From: Amphiscolops sp. MND2022
Lineage: Eukaryota
Direction: 5' to 3'
Assembly (NCBI GenBank): GCA_964187785.1
Contig: OZ076409.1
Span: 89,714,001-89,778,000 of the forward strand
Length of the DNA: 64,000 nucleotides
In this document: positions 1 to 12,352 of the stretch, piece by piece
Layout of the letters: each line of letters begins with the position of its first letter
How positions within the stretch are numbered: the first letter of the stretch is position 1
Made by a program: the position numbers and the translations under genes
The notes under the pieces: model-generated
Told to the model about the DNA's origin: nothing
What the model saw: the letters and a program-made list of their open reading frames with translations, nothing else
Database searches by the model: none

Positions 1-435
1 TACTTTCGGAGCCGATTAGCCTAAAACTCATTCTAGCAGAATGCAAAAAGAAAGATAAAATGCATAAATGGCAATACTGCCGATACATAAGTTTCACTTA
101 AATAACACTTAGCAGGTTCAAGTAACACGATTTGAGTTTTAAGTTCTAAACACATCCCAAAAAGTATCTCTTAAAAAACTTCATTTGGGACAGTCGTTTC
201 TCTACACCATTGTAATCAAAACCTTTCAATGAATAAGCCAATATGTAGAACTGAATAGAGTGGTAACTTCAATTTACCGATCATTTAAACTTCACCCTTT
301 CGAACCCGAAGAACCAGGAAGACCATTTACAGGAGACAATTCACATCCAGGCTTCTCAAATCCGGTATACGAAAATTACTTTCTTTCAATAGAACGAACA
401 TGTAGTAATAACCACTAAAAGGTGACATTGCAAAC

Positions 436-971
436 CTTCAGTGTCCCATATTGACCTTCAATCGTTCTGAGCTTCACTTCGAATCTGGTGGTGTTGGCTT
501 GGCACCTGAAAGTGACCAGCATGAAGTTTCCTTCTGTGGGGTCGCACTCACTAGTGCTCATGACAGCGGAACTCTTCTCAGAATCAATGATATCAATGGG
601 CACGTCACTTTGCAACAGAATGACGTCAAGGGACACCTGTGTCTCTAGAGCCAGAACATAGCTGGCATCTTCACGGCTGATCACCAGTTTGTCGTTCACT
701 GAGAAGGCAGAAGCGGCCGAATAGGAGCCACTTTTGGAATTGGCAATTTGTTGGAACTTTTCCTTCTCGCGTTGCAAATTACTCTGCATAGATTTAATTT
801 CACCTTCCAGCTCCTGCACTTTCTGGCTCTGCGTTTCGTTGACTACTGCCGCTAAAGGTTCGGCCGATGTATGTACAATTACATCTTGCATCTCAGGTGT
901 CAGCCCAAAAACCCAACCTTTGTATGTTGTCACTATGATCTCATCAATTCCCATCGAATTTACTTGCCCAC
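436..971 (-). CDS. BBS7: BBS7 coding exon 5 (gene continues beyond window start)
   Basis: DEIIVTTYKGWVFGLT...QSDVPIDIID...FRCQANTTRFEVKLRTIEGQYGTLK matches BBS7. Acceptor gttacag|, donor AAG|gtttgc. Length 536 nt. Confidence 0.93.
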
Positions 972-1574
972 CTGTAACAGTCGTTCAAGTCATATTAGCA
1001 CCATCAGGAATATTTTGAATCCACAAATTTTGAATCTCGGGAAAAGGCAGCATTTATCACACAGAAAAATCGGAAATTGGACCATGTTTCTTATTTGCCC
1101 CAGGTACACCTTGTTTCTCATTCCTCAAACACGAAAACAACTTTTATGCTTGAAAAACTTCTTGGGCAAATGAAAGAAACTGAAATTGCTATTTGGCTAT
1201 TAATACTTAAGGGATTGTCTTTAGAGTTGTTTCGACATTTGCAGCAAAAAAATCATCCCTGGAACGAGCTAAAATTGTATTAAAAAAGGTCCTGTTTTAA
1301 CGCTTCTATTCTCCGCCATACATAAAAATGAGCAACTTTTAACTGTGAATCAATGTAAAAGATAGGATTATGTTGTTATTAATTATTTTATTGGACGAAA
1401 TTTCAGCGCAAGCTCGATGTCGACATCATTGTTTTTGAACCTTGTTTCGTTTCTTACTCCCCCATGTGGGGTTTTTTACTACCCCATGTGGGGAACCATG
1501 TTGGGGAAAAAAGAAAAATGGACCCGGAATTTTCTGAAACCTAGTGATTAGTCAGTCAACAGAATGAAACTTGC

Positions 1575-1902
1575 TTCTAATTCCTGTGATTGATTCGTTG
1601 GCGCTGAATGAATAGATCAACTTGGGATCTTCGAAGTCAGAAAATGTGAAAACTTCGACGTAGCCATCATCACGCCCAACCAGCATAGCTTCGGGTTCAT
1701 CAGGGCCAAGCATGGGGTAGAAATCAATGCAGGTGACTCCACCTCGACCGAGGTCATTCGCGTGAGACCAGCCATGATCCGGACTAATTTTGCCCAGATT
1801 GATCACACCCAATTGTCCGTCATTTGTGCCGTACACAGTATCTTCACCCGAATTTCCTCCAGTACGATTCAATAACATGACAACAACAGGGTTCCCAGGG
1901 AC
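1575..1902 (-). CDS. BBS7: BBS7 coding exon 4
   Basis: VPGNPVVVMLL...GEDTVYGTNDG...VGRDDGYVEVF...ESITGIR directly continues exon 3 (human YAVEVPGPP). Acceptor ttttcag|. A frame-preserving exit needs the GC donor A|gcaagt. Confidence 0.9.
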
Positions 1903-2039
1903 CTGAAAAGCAGGCCCATTTCCAATCACTTTTCTACACAACTATTGAAACAAATACGAAGGACGTTCATGTAGCTTTTTTCAAAAGCAAATATTGCTTC
2001 TAGATTTTCCGTTGATTGATTTTTTGACAACTGATTGAT

Positions 2040-5000
2040 TTTATTGATGTAGCTGATTATTGTAATATTTACCTTTGAAATTCACGCCTAATATTCAAGA
2101 GGTTTTCATGGAAAAAAGCTAGATCTGAAAATAGGCGCTGTGGTTTGACTACTCTCCGTGCAAAGCAAAGATTGCATTTAAAAATGAACGCTTGTGTTGA
2201 CAAGGAAATGTTTCCGGAGATCGAGTAAAAAACGTTAAAGGATGTTGCTTTTGTGGTTGGTCCTTGAGTTTGAAAAAGCAAAAAGTTTGAATTGCTGTTG
2301 TTTCACAAGAAGTATTCTTCCAAAAATCCTTTCGAAATGTTCATCTTTAACCAGAAACTAATCTGCGGGTTCTTCTCAGTCAGTGATATTATCAGCTCAC
2401 TCACAAGTTGCCTCTAAAACTCGCGCTTAGAAATTTTAAAAGTTATTTGATAACTTTTGAAGGACTGCAAAATATTGCCAGAATCAGTTGGGTGTGAAAT
2501 GTTTTGTGTTTGGCGTGTTACCGCGATACAATAGCCCCAAGATTTCCGAACTGAAACATAAACGGATGGAGAGTCTGAAGAATAAATATGCCGGGGTCTC
2601 CAAATTCATAAAACTGTTCCATTTGGACAAGACCGACGGAGTTCACCTTTAACGGAACACATATTTCTTGTTAACAAACGTCATAAACAAGCTACTAAAT
2701 GAAATTCTATGAAAACAGCAAAATAAATAAAACATGAAACATTTCGTTGATTTTGTTCAGATTCAATGTTTGGAAACATTTTAGTTGAAAAACTAGTTGA
2801 ACTCGCCCTCATTATCACGTCAGCAGCTTTTTGTGGTCAATTGGGCTCCTTGATTAGTTGAAGCACTTTTTTGCTAGGTCACGGTCATGAAACTATACTT
2901 ATTAACTTCGTGATAGAATATCCACCTAGCGTAGGAAGTCCTACATAGAGGGACATTTATTGATGTAGCTGATTATCGTAATATTTACCTTTGAAATTCA
3001 CGCCTAATATTCAAAAGGTTTTCATGGAAAAAAGCTAGATCTGAAAATAGGCGCTGTGGTTTGACTACTCTCCGTGCAAAGCAAAGATGGCATTTAAAAA
3101 TGAACGCTTGTGTTGACAAGGAAATGTTTCCACAGATCGAGTAAAAAACGTCAAATGAGGTTGCTTTTGTGGTTGGTCCTTGAGTTTGTAAAGGCAAAAA
3201 GTGAAAATGTTTTGAAACTGTCGTTCCTGTTCGGACAGGTGATTCTTGTGGATATTTCAAGCAGACCTATTATATATAATGGAGTTCTTTCCAATTAATA
3301 TTTCACACTCGTTTTTCCCCAACCTCACGAGCGAGTGCTATGGTCGTAAGAAGAGCTAATATTGAGTATCATGTCGCCCGGAGAATGCTTAGAATACATA
3401 CAATCGCCTAAAAACTCCCATGTCTCTCACTGAGGAAGCGCTTTTCAGAGGTTACACCAAAATTTGGTATCGGCTTGACGAAAATATACAGCCTTTCTGA
3501 AATCTTCAGTTAAAAATCACAAAGAGCAATCAGGTATTCCCCAGTTATCAGCAGTGTGGGACCAGCGCCAGCTTCCCGAAAATGATTTGAACAGCCATCT
3601 TACCAAAAATAGGCCCCTCCGGGGCTCAGTACTATTTCTGCTTTAATCTTTATTTTTTTAAAACAAAAAATCATTAATAAAAGAATCATATCTGGAATAC
3701 CAATACACTCCTGTTTAATCATTACTTAGAGCACAATTAATCACTGTACAAGTTTACACCGCCTTTAATTCTTCTCGGACTAAAGAAAATATAACTAAGC
3801 GTAGACGAAGTTTCGCATTCGCATTTGAATGCAGGCGAAGCTCTCAACGAACGAATAATTAACACTCATTCGCTTCATCTCAATGACGTCAGCATACGAA
3901 TGGATAATTACCACTCGCTCGTTCTATCGCACTAGAATTGAATTGTTGTCGGCAGCTTTCCCACGCTTACACTCACTGCCGAACAAAATATCTGAATTAT
4001 TCAGTAGGACGAAATTTGACGACTGAAAAAAAAAAGGACCAACTTTGAGGTTACAATAACATTCCTGCTAAAGCAGAAATATTAAAAACAGTATCTGATG
4101 TCTCAAGAAGATAATCATTTGGTTGATTTCAGTTTATTATCGAGAAACGCACTGGCTTATACTTAAAAGAACTTCGTCAAGTTTCGCTATTTCGTAACGT
4201 TTCAACAATTTTTGTTTCTATTTGAAGCACGCAGCAACTAAACTGCAATTCACAATCTCTTGTCGGTTTCTATTATCCTTTTCGAAAAATGAGTGATAGA
4301 CATACGGTTGATCTAGAAAAAGGCCGGTCTTACGATGCCGCAATAGTGTTCTGCGGGAACAATGACTTGACAATTCTAATTATTCTCGGAAGCAAAGATG
4401 TCTCCTACCATGAATGGCACAACCTTTTCCCAAGTTCTGCAAAATAAACTGCCGAACATTTAACCAGTTGTAATCTTGAAGCAATCAACAGTTTGAATTG
4501 CTGTTGTTTCACAAGAAGTATTCTTCCAAAAATCCTTTCGAAATGTTCATCTTTAACCAGAAACTAATCTGCGGGTTCTTCTCAGTCAGTGATATTATCA
4601 GCTCAATCACAAGTTGAAAATGCGGGAGCCAGAAAACAACTTGATTTTCTTGATAATGTCAACAGAAGTTGACGAAACGTCGAATTTATGAAGTTTTTAT
4701 TCTGCCACTCTTTTCTCATACAATCACAAGTTGCCTCTAAAACTCGCGCTTAGAAATTTTAAAAGTTATTTGATAACTTTTGAAGGACTGCAAAATATTG
4801 CCAGAATCAGTTGGGTGTGAAATGTTTTGTGTTTGGCGTGTTACCGCGATACAATAGCCCCAAGATTCCCGAACTGAAACATAAACGGATGGAGAGTCTG
4901 AAGAATAAATATGCCGGGGTCTCCAAATTCATAAAACTGTTCCATTTGGACAAGACCGACGGAGTTCACCTTTAACAGAACACATATTTCTTGTTAACAA

Positions 5001-8000
5001 ACGTCATGAACAAGCTACTAAATGAAATTCTATGAAAACAGCAAAATAAATAAAACATGAAACATTTCGTTGATTTTGTTCAGATTCAATGTTTGGAAAC
5101 ATTTTAGTTGAAAAACTAGTTGAACTCGCCCTCATCATCACGTCAGCAGCTTTTTGTGGTCAATTGGGCTCCTTGATTAGTTGAAGCACTTTTTTGCTAG
5201 GTCACGGTCATGAAACTATACTTATTAACTTCGTGATAGAATATCCACCTAGCGTAGGAAGTCCTACATAGAGGGACATTTATTGATGTAGCTGATTATC
5301 GTAATATTTACCTTTGAAATTCACGCCTAATATTCAAAAGGTTTTCATGGAAAAAAGCTAGATCTGAAAATAGGCGCTGTGGTTTGACTACTCTCCGTGC
5401 AAAGCAAAGATGGCATTTAAAAATGAACGCTTGTGTTGACAAGGAAATGTTTCCACAGATCGAGTAAAAAACGTCAAATGAGGTTGCTTTTGTGGTTGGT
5501 CCTTGAGTTTGTAAAGGCAAAAAGTGAAAATGTTTTGAAACTGTCGTTCCTGTTCGGACAGGTGATTCTTGTGGATATTTCAAGCAGACCTATTATATAT
5601 AATGGAGTTCTTTCCAATTAATATTTCACACTCGTTTTTCCCCAACCTCACGAGCGAGTGCTATGGTCGTAAGAAGAGCTAATATTGAGTATCATGTCGC
5701 CCGGAGAATGCTTAGAATACATACAATCGCCTAAAAACTCCCATGTCTCTCACTGAGGAAGCGCTTTTCAGAGGTTACACCAAAATTTGGTATCGGCTTG
5801 ACGAAAATATACAGCCTTTCTGAAATCTTCAGTTAAAAATCACAAAGAGCAATCAGGTATTCCCCAGTTATCAGCAGTGTGGGACCAGCGCCAGCTTCCC
5901 GAAAATGATTTGAACAGCCATCTTACCAAAAACAGTATCTGATGTCTCAAGAAGATAATCATTTGGTTGATTTCAGTTTATTATCGAGAAACGCACTGGC
6001 TTATACTTAAAAGAACTTCGTCAAGTTTCGCTATTTCGTAACGTTTCAACAATTTTTGTTTCTATTTGAAGCACGCAGCAACTAAACTGCAATTCACAAT
6101 CTCTTGTCGGTTTCTATTATCCTTTTCGAAAAATGAGTGATAGACATACGGTTGATCTAGAAAAAGGCCGGTCTTACGATGCCGCAATAGTGTTCTGCGG
6201 GAACAATGACTTGACAATTCTAATTATTCTCGGAAGCAAAGATGTCTCCTACCATGAATGGCACAACCTTTTCCCAAGTTCTGCAAAATAAACTGCCGAA
6301 CATTTAACCAGTTGTAATCTTGAAGCAATCAACAGTTTGAATTGCTGTTGTTTCACAAGTATTCTTCCAAAAATCCTTTCGAAATGTTCATCTTTAACCA
6401 GAAACTAATCTGCGGGTTCTTCTCAGTCAGTGATATTATCAGCTCACTCACAAGTTGCCTCTAAAACTCGCGCTTAGAAATTTTAAAAGTTATTTGATAA
6501 CTTTTGAAGGACTGCAAAATATTGCCAGAATCAGTTGGGTGTGAAATGTTTTGTGTTTGGCGTGTTACCGCGATATAATAGCCCCAAGATTCCCGAACTG
6601 AAACATAAACGGATGGAGAGTCTGAAGAATAAATATGCCGGGGTCTCCAAATTCATAAAACTGTTCCATTTGGACAAGACCGACGGAGTTCACCTTTAAC
6701 GGAACACATATTTCTTGTTAACAAACGTCATAAACAAGCTACTAAATGAAATTCTATGAAAACAGCAAAATAAACAAAACATGAAACATTTCGTTGATTT
6801 TGTTCAGATTCAATGTTTGGAAACATTTTAGTTGAAAAACTAGTTGAACTCGCCCTCATTATCACGTCAGCAGCTTTTTGTGGTCAATTGGGCTCCTTGA
6901 TTAGTTGAAGCACTTTTTTGCTAGGTCACGGTCATGAAACTATACTTATTAACTTCGTGATAGAATATCCACCTAGCGTAGGAAGTCCTACATAGAGGGA
7001 CATTTATTGATGTAGCTGATTATCGTAATATTTACCTTTGAAATTCACGCCTAATATTCAAAAGGTTTTCATGGAAAAAAGCTAGATCTGAAAATAGGCG
7101 CTGTGGTTTGACTACTCTCCGTGCAAAGCAAAGATGGCATTTAAAAATGAACGCTTGTGTTGACAAGGAAATGTTTCCACAGATCGAGTAAAAAACGTCA
7201 AATGAGGTTGCTTTTGTGGTGGGTCCTTGAGTTTGTAAAGGCAAAAAGTGAAAATGTTTTGAAACTGTCGTTCCTGTTCGGACAGGTGATTCTTGTGGAT
7301 ATTTCAAGCAGACCTATTATATATAATGGAGTTCTTTCCAATTAATATTTCACACTCGTTTTTCCCCAACCTCACGAGCGAGTGCTATGGTCGTAAGAAG
7401 AGCTAATATTGAGTATCATGTCGCCCGGAGAATGCTTAGAATACATACAATCGCCTAAAAACTCCCATGTCTCTCACTGAGGAAGCGCTTTTCAGAGGTT
7501 ACACCAAAATTTGGTATCGGCTTGACGAAAATATACAGCCTTTCTGAAATCTTCAGTTAAAAATCACAAAGAGCAATCAGGTATTCCCCAGTTATCAGCA
7601 GTGTGGGACCAGCGCCAGCTTCCCGAAAATGATTCGAACAGCCATCTTACCAAAAACAGTATCTGATGTCTCAAGAAGATAATCATTTGGTTGATTTCAG
7701 TTTATTATCGAGAAACGCACTGGCTTATACTTAAAAGAACTTCGTCAAGTTTCGCTATTTCGTAACGTTTCAACAATTTTTGTTTCTATTTGAAGCACGC
7801 AGCAACTAAACTGCAATTCACAATCTCTTGTCGGTTTCTATTATCCTTTTCGAAAAATGAGTGCTAGACATACGGTTGATCTAGAAAAAGGCCGGTCTTA
7901 CGATGCCGCAATAGTGTTCTGCGGGAACAATGACTTGACAATTCTAATTATTCTCGGAAGCAAAGATGTCTCCTACCATGAATGGCACAACCTTTTCCCA

Positions 8001-10551
8001 AGTTCTGCAAAATAAACTGCCGAACATTTAACCAGTTGTAATCTTGAAGCAATCAACAGTTTGAATTGCTGTTGTTTCACAAGAAGTATTCTTCCAAAAA
8101 TCCTTTCGAAATGTTCATCTTTAACCAGAAACTAATCTGCGGGTTCTTCTCAGTCAGTGATATTAGCAGCTCACTCACAAGTTGCCTCTAAAACTCGCGC
8201 TTAGAAATTTTAAAAGTTATTTGATAACTTTTGAAGGACTGCAAAATATTGCCAGAATCAGTTGGGTGTGAAATGTTTTGTGTTTGGCGTGTTACCGCGA
8301 TACAATAGCCCCAAGATTCCCGAACTGAAACATAAACGGATGGAGAGTCTGAAGAATAAATATGCCGGGGTCTCCAAATTCATAAAACTGTTCCATTTGG
8401 ACAAGACCGACGGAGTTCACCTTTAACGGAACACATATTTCTTGTTAACAAACGTCATAAACAAGCTATTAAATGAAATTCTATGAGAACAGCAAAATAA
8501 ATGAAACATGAAACATTTCGTTGATTTTGTTCAGATTCAATGTTTGGAAACATTTTAGTTGAAAAACTAGTTGAACTCGCCCTCATTATCACGTCAGCAG
8601 CTTTTTGTGGTCAGTTGGGCTCCTTGATTAGTTGAAGCACTTTTTTGCTAGGTCACGGTCATGAAACTATACTTATTAACTTCGTGATAGAATATTCACC
8701 TAGCGTAGGAAGTCCTACATAGAGGGACATTTATTGATGTAGCTGATTATCGTAATATTTACCTTTGAAATTCACGCCTAATATTCAAAAGGTTTTCATG
8801 GAAAAAAGCTAGATCTGAAAATAGGCGCTGTGGTTTGACTACTCTCTGTGCAAAGCAAAGATTGCATTTAAAATGAACGCTTGTGTTGACAAGGAAATGT
8901 TTCCGGAGATCGAGTAAAAAACGTTAAAGGATGTTGCTTTTGTGGTTGGTCCTTGAGTTTGAAAAAGCAAAAAGTTTGAATTGCTGTTGTTTCACAAGAA
9001 GTATTCTTCCAAAAATCCTTTCGAAATGTTCATCTTTAACCAGAAACTAATCTGCGGGTTCTTCTCAGTCAGTGATATTATCAGCTCACTCACAAGTTGC
9101 CTCTAAAACTCGCGCTTAGAAATTTTAAAAGTTATTTGATAACTTTTGAAGGACTGCAAAATATTGCCAGAATCAGTTGGGTGTGAAATGTTTTGTGTTT
9201 GGCGTGTTACCGCGATACAATAGCCCCAAGATTCCCGAACTGGAACATAAACGGATGGAGAGTCTGAAGAATAAATATGCCGGGGTCTCCAAATTCATAA
9301 AACTGTTCCATTTGGACAAGACCGACGGAGTTCACCTTTAACGGAACACATATTTCTTGTTAACAAACGTCATAAACAAGCTACTAAATGAAATTCTATG
9401 AGAACAGCAAAATAAATAAAACATGAAACATTTCGTTGATTTTGTTCAGATTCAATGTTTGGAAACATTTTAGTTGAAAAACTAGTTGAACTCGGCCTCA
9501 TCATCACGTCAGCAGCTTTTTGTGGTCAATTGGGCTCCTTGATTAGTTGAAGCACTTTTTTGCTAGGTCACGGTCATGAAACTATACTTATTAACTTCGT
9601 GATAGAATATCCACCTAGCGTAGGAAGTCCTACATAGAGGGACATTTATTGATGTAGCTGATTATCGTAATATTTACCTTTGAAATTCACGCCTGATATT
9701 CAAACGGTTTTCATGGAAAAAAGCTAGATCTGAAAATAGGCGCTGTGGTTTGACTACTCTCCGTGCAAAGCAAAGATTGAATTTAAAAATGAACGCTTGT
9801 GTTGACAAGGATATGTTTCCGGAGATCGAGTAAAAAACGTTAATGTTGCTTTTGTGGTTGGTCCTTGAGTTTGAAAAGGCAAAAAGTTTGAATTGCTGTT
9901 GTTTCACAAGAAGTATTCTTCCAAAAATCCTTTCGAAATGTTCATCTTTAACCAGAAACTAATCTGCGGGTTCTTCTCAGTCAGTGATATTATCAGCTCA
10001 CTCACAAGTTGCCTCTAAAACTCGCGCTTAGAAATTTTAAAAGTTATTTGATAACTTTTGAAGGACTGCAAAATATTGCCAGAATCAGTTGGGTGTGAAA
10101 TGTTTTGTGTTTGGCGTGTTACCGCGATACAATAGCCCCAAGATTTCCGAACTGAAACATAAACGGATGGAGAGTCTGAAGAATAAATATGCCGGGGTCT
10201 CCAAATTCATAAAACTGTTCCATTTGGACAAGACCGACGGAGTTCACCTTTAACGGAACACATATTTCTTGTTAACAAACGTCATAAACAAGCTACTAAA
10301 TGAAATTCTATGAAAACAGCAAAATAAATAAAACATGAAACATTTCGTTGATTTTGTTCAGATTCAATGTTTGGAAACATTTTAGTTGAAAAACTAGTTG
10401 AACTCGCCCTCATTATCACGTCAGCAGCTTTTTGTGGTCAATTGGGCTCCTTGATTAGTTGAAGCACTTTTTTGCTAGGTCACGGTCATGAAACTATACT
10501 TATTAACTTCGTGATAGAATATTCACCTAGCGTAGGAAGTCCTACATAGAG
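2040..10551. repeat. Six-unit tandem array with three length classes (~915, ~1725, ~2324 bp) inside BBS7 intron 3
   Basis: The unit start ttattgatgtagctgattat recurs near 2041, 2957, 5280, 7004, 8731 and 9646. Units are nearly identical apart from defined deletions. Confidence 0.95.
4289..4975 (+). pseudogene. Fragmented SGNH/GDSL-hydrolase-like coding relic within the array unit
   Basis: YDAAIVFCGNNDL (4331-4369, GxND block III), FVFGVLPR (4826-4849) and DGVHL (4958-4972, DxxH block V). Interrupted by stops, and block I GDS is not seen. Confidence 0.55.
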
Positions 10552-12010
10552 TAAGCACAAAATAGTTGAGTGGATCTTTTCAGTAACAGGTGAACAATTG
10601 AACTATTTGAACGTCTCAAAAAAATTATTCTTGAAAACACATTGAAAAGGCTGCTTGAATTCGGCAAATGTAGCAGTGTTTTTGTTTTCTGGCTCATCAG
10701 AGCGTTAACGGTGGCAGTTTTACAACGACGAGTTTGTGGAAAACTGGTTCTAACTCAAACAATTGATTTTCGGTAATCTTTTTGCATGCGGTTTTTGCGA
10801 CAGTTGTCTGGCTCGTACGGACACTAACAGTGAGTGTAAGGCTATTATCTTCACAAGTTTTTAATGGACAATAATCAAAACTTGACATGAAATTTTCGGA
10901 AACTTGTTGCTTCAATAGTTGTCTGACTGTTCAGGTATGAGTGACTGTAGTACGGCAACGTTACTTACTTTCATGAGAAATCTAGCGAATCACACATGAA
11001 GTTAACACACAGCTGAAACTTGTTCAATCAAATTAGTTTTTTTACGAGTATCGATGGATTACTCTAACTTTGGGCAGCACTTGGGTATCAAATACTTGAT
11101 CAAATTCATCAGTTTTATTCTTTACACGAGTCATATCAAAAGCACAATAGCGTTATTCTTTCCACAAGTGGCCACAGCAGAAAAGTGAGTTTTTGAACTT
11201 GAGTGACTGTACTCAAAAACCAACAATTGACCGTACTATTTTAGAGAAAAATAGTCGTTGTCCGGATTGTGGAACTTTCTTGAAAGACGGCCCTGATTCT
11301 TGCCATTTACATCAGCGAGAGTGCTTCAGCTCAGTGAGTTGTAATCAGTATTTTCCTAAAGTTCGAAGTATGTGAAATTTCCAATATTTCCTTTATGTTT
11401 TAGGACACACGTAAAGGAACCTCCTGAAAATACCAAATTAAACAGACTAATTTTTGCTTTCCGTAGATTGAACTTTGTTTCCCGACGTACAATAGTTACG
11501 AAGTTCATACACGAAAGATGAAAAAACAGTTCTAAACATCACACTTCTGTTTACTTCTCACAGTCTTGACAATTCAACAGTTTCAAACATTAGATACTTT
11601 AACGGTAAATGAACTCTCTTCTATAAACCCAATTTCTCAACTGAAACTGAAATTATTCCAATGCTTTTTTTAGTCGAACAACAGACAATAAATTCAGATG
11701 GCCATCAAACACATGAACTATCAAACACATCTAGTAAGTTTCCCTTACAATTTACGCCGAAACCTTTTTCGTGGAAATAATTTGCCAAATATGAAAGGAA
11801 TTTTTAGCTTCGCGTCCAAACGGGGACACAGGATAGTCCAAACTCTGATTTGGTTTTCTTTCATTTCCCAAACTTGTCTTTCCACATCAATAGAGCACTG
11901 ATTGATAGAATTATCAAAATATGAACACATCTAACATTCCCACATATGGTGATGCCCTTGTCAATTACGACGCTGGCTTCTTGAAAAATGTCCAAGGTGA
12001 TGGAGACTGA

Positions 12011-12352
12011 TTGTTGCATGCATTCTGTTTGCTGCTGACTAGATCCTTGGCATTCTCTCGAGAAATTAGGCAGTTAATTTGTGACCCTACTGAGACGCTT
12101 CGTTTACATCCTCAAACGTATTCTTGCAACGGGGAAACCTGCCGTGATTCCGTTGAGTACGTTAAGGAAATGTGTATGCGTCAGTCTGGTGTTTTTGGTA
12201 CCGACCGAGAAAAAACCGTGTACAACAGTTTAACACACTTGAGAGTTGTTGTTTTTGTTAGCGATAGTAACAGATGGATTGTCTTCGAAGGTTCTGAAAA
12301 CTTCCAATCTTTAGGCCAGATTTTCTTGTTCAAAGAAAACAACCATTTTTAA
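12011..12352 (+). mobile_element. Possible decayed Mutator/MULE-type DDE transposase fragment
   Basis: The motifs LICDPT and VFGTDREKTVYNSL resemble the first two catalytic-Asp motifs (VDPTF...FGTDGE) of invertebrate MULE transposases. Spacing is shortened. Confidence 0.4.

Noticed and set aside
1465-1495. Two ccccatgtgggg palindromes in BBS7 intron 4 as MITE ends
   Set aside because: No matching partner terminus or TSD could be found.
3633-4081. 13-bp inverted repeat (tatttctgcttta) suggesting a MITE in unit 2
   Set aside because: The IR does not coincide with the indel boundaries (3610/4088) and there is no TSD. Microhomology deletion explains the polymorphism.
2069-9907. Repeated 62-91 aa ORFs in the first array as real genes
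   Set aside because: They are reading-frame by-products. Starts and lengths change with the deletion class, and no family is recognisable.
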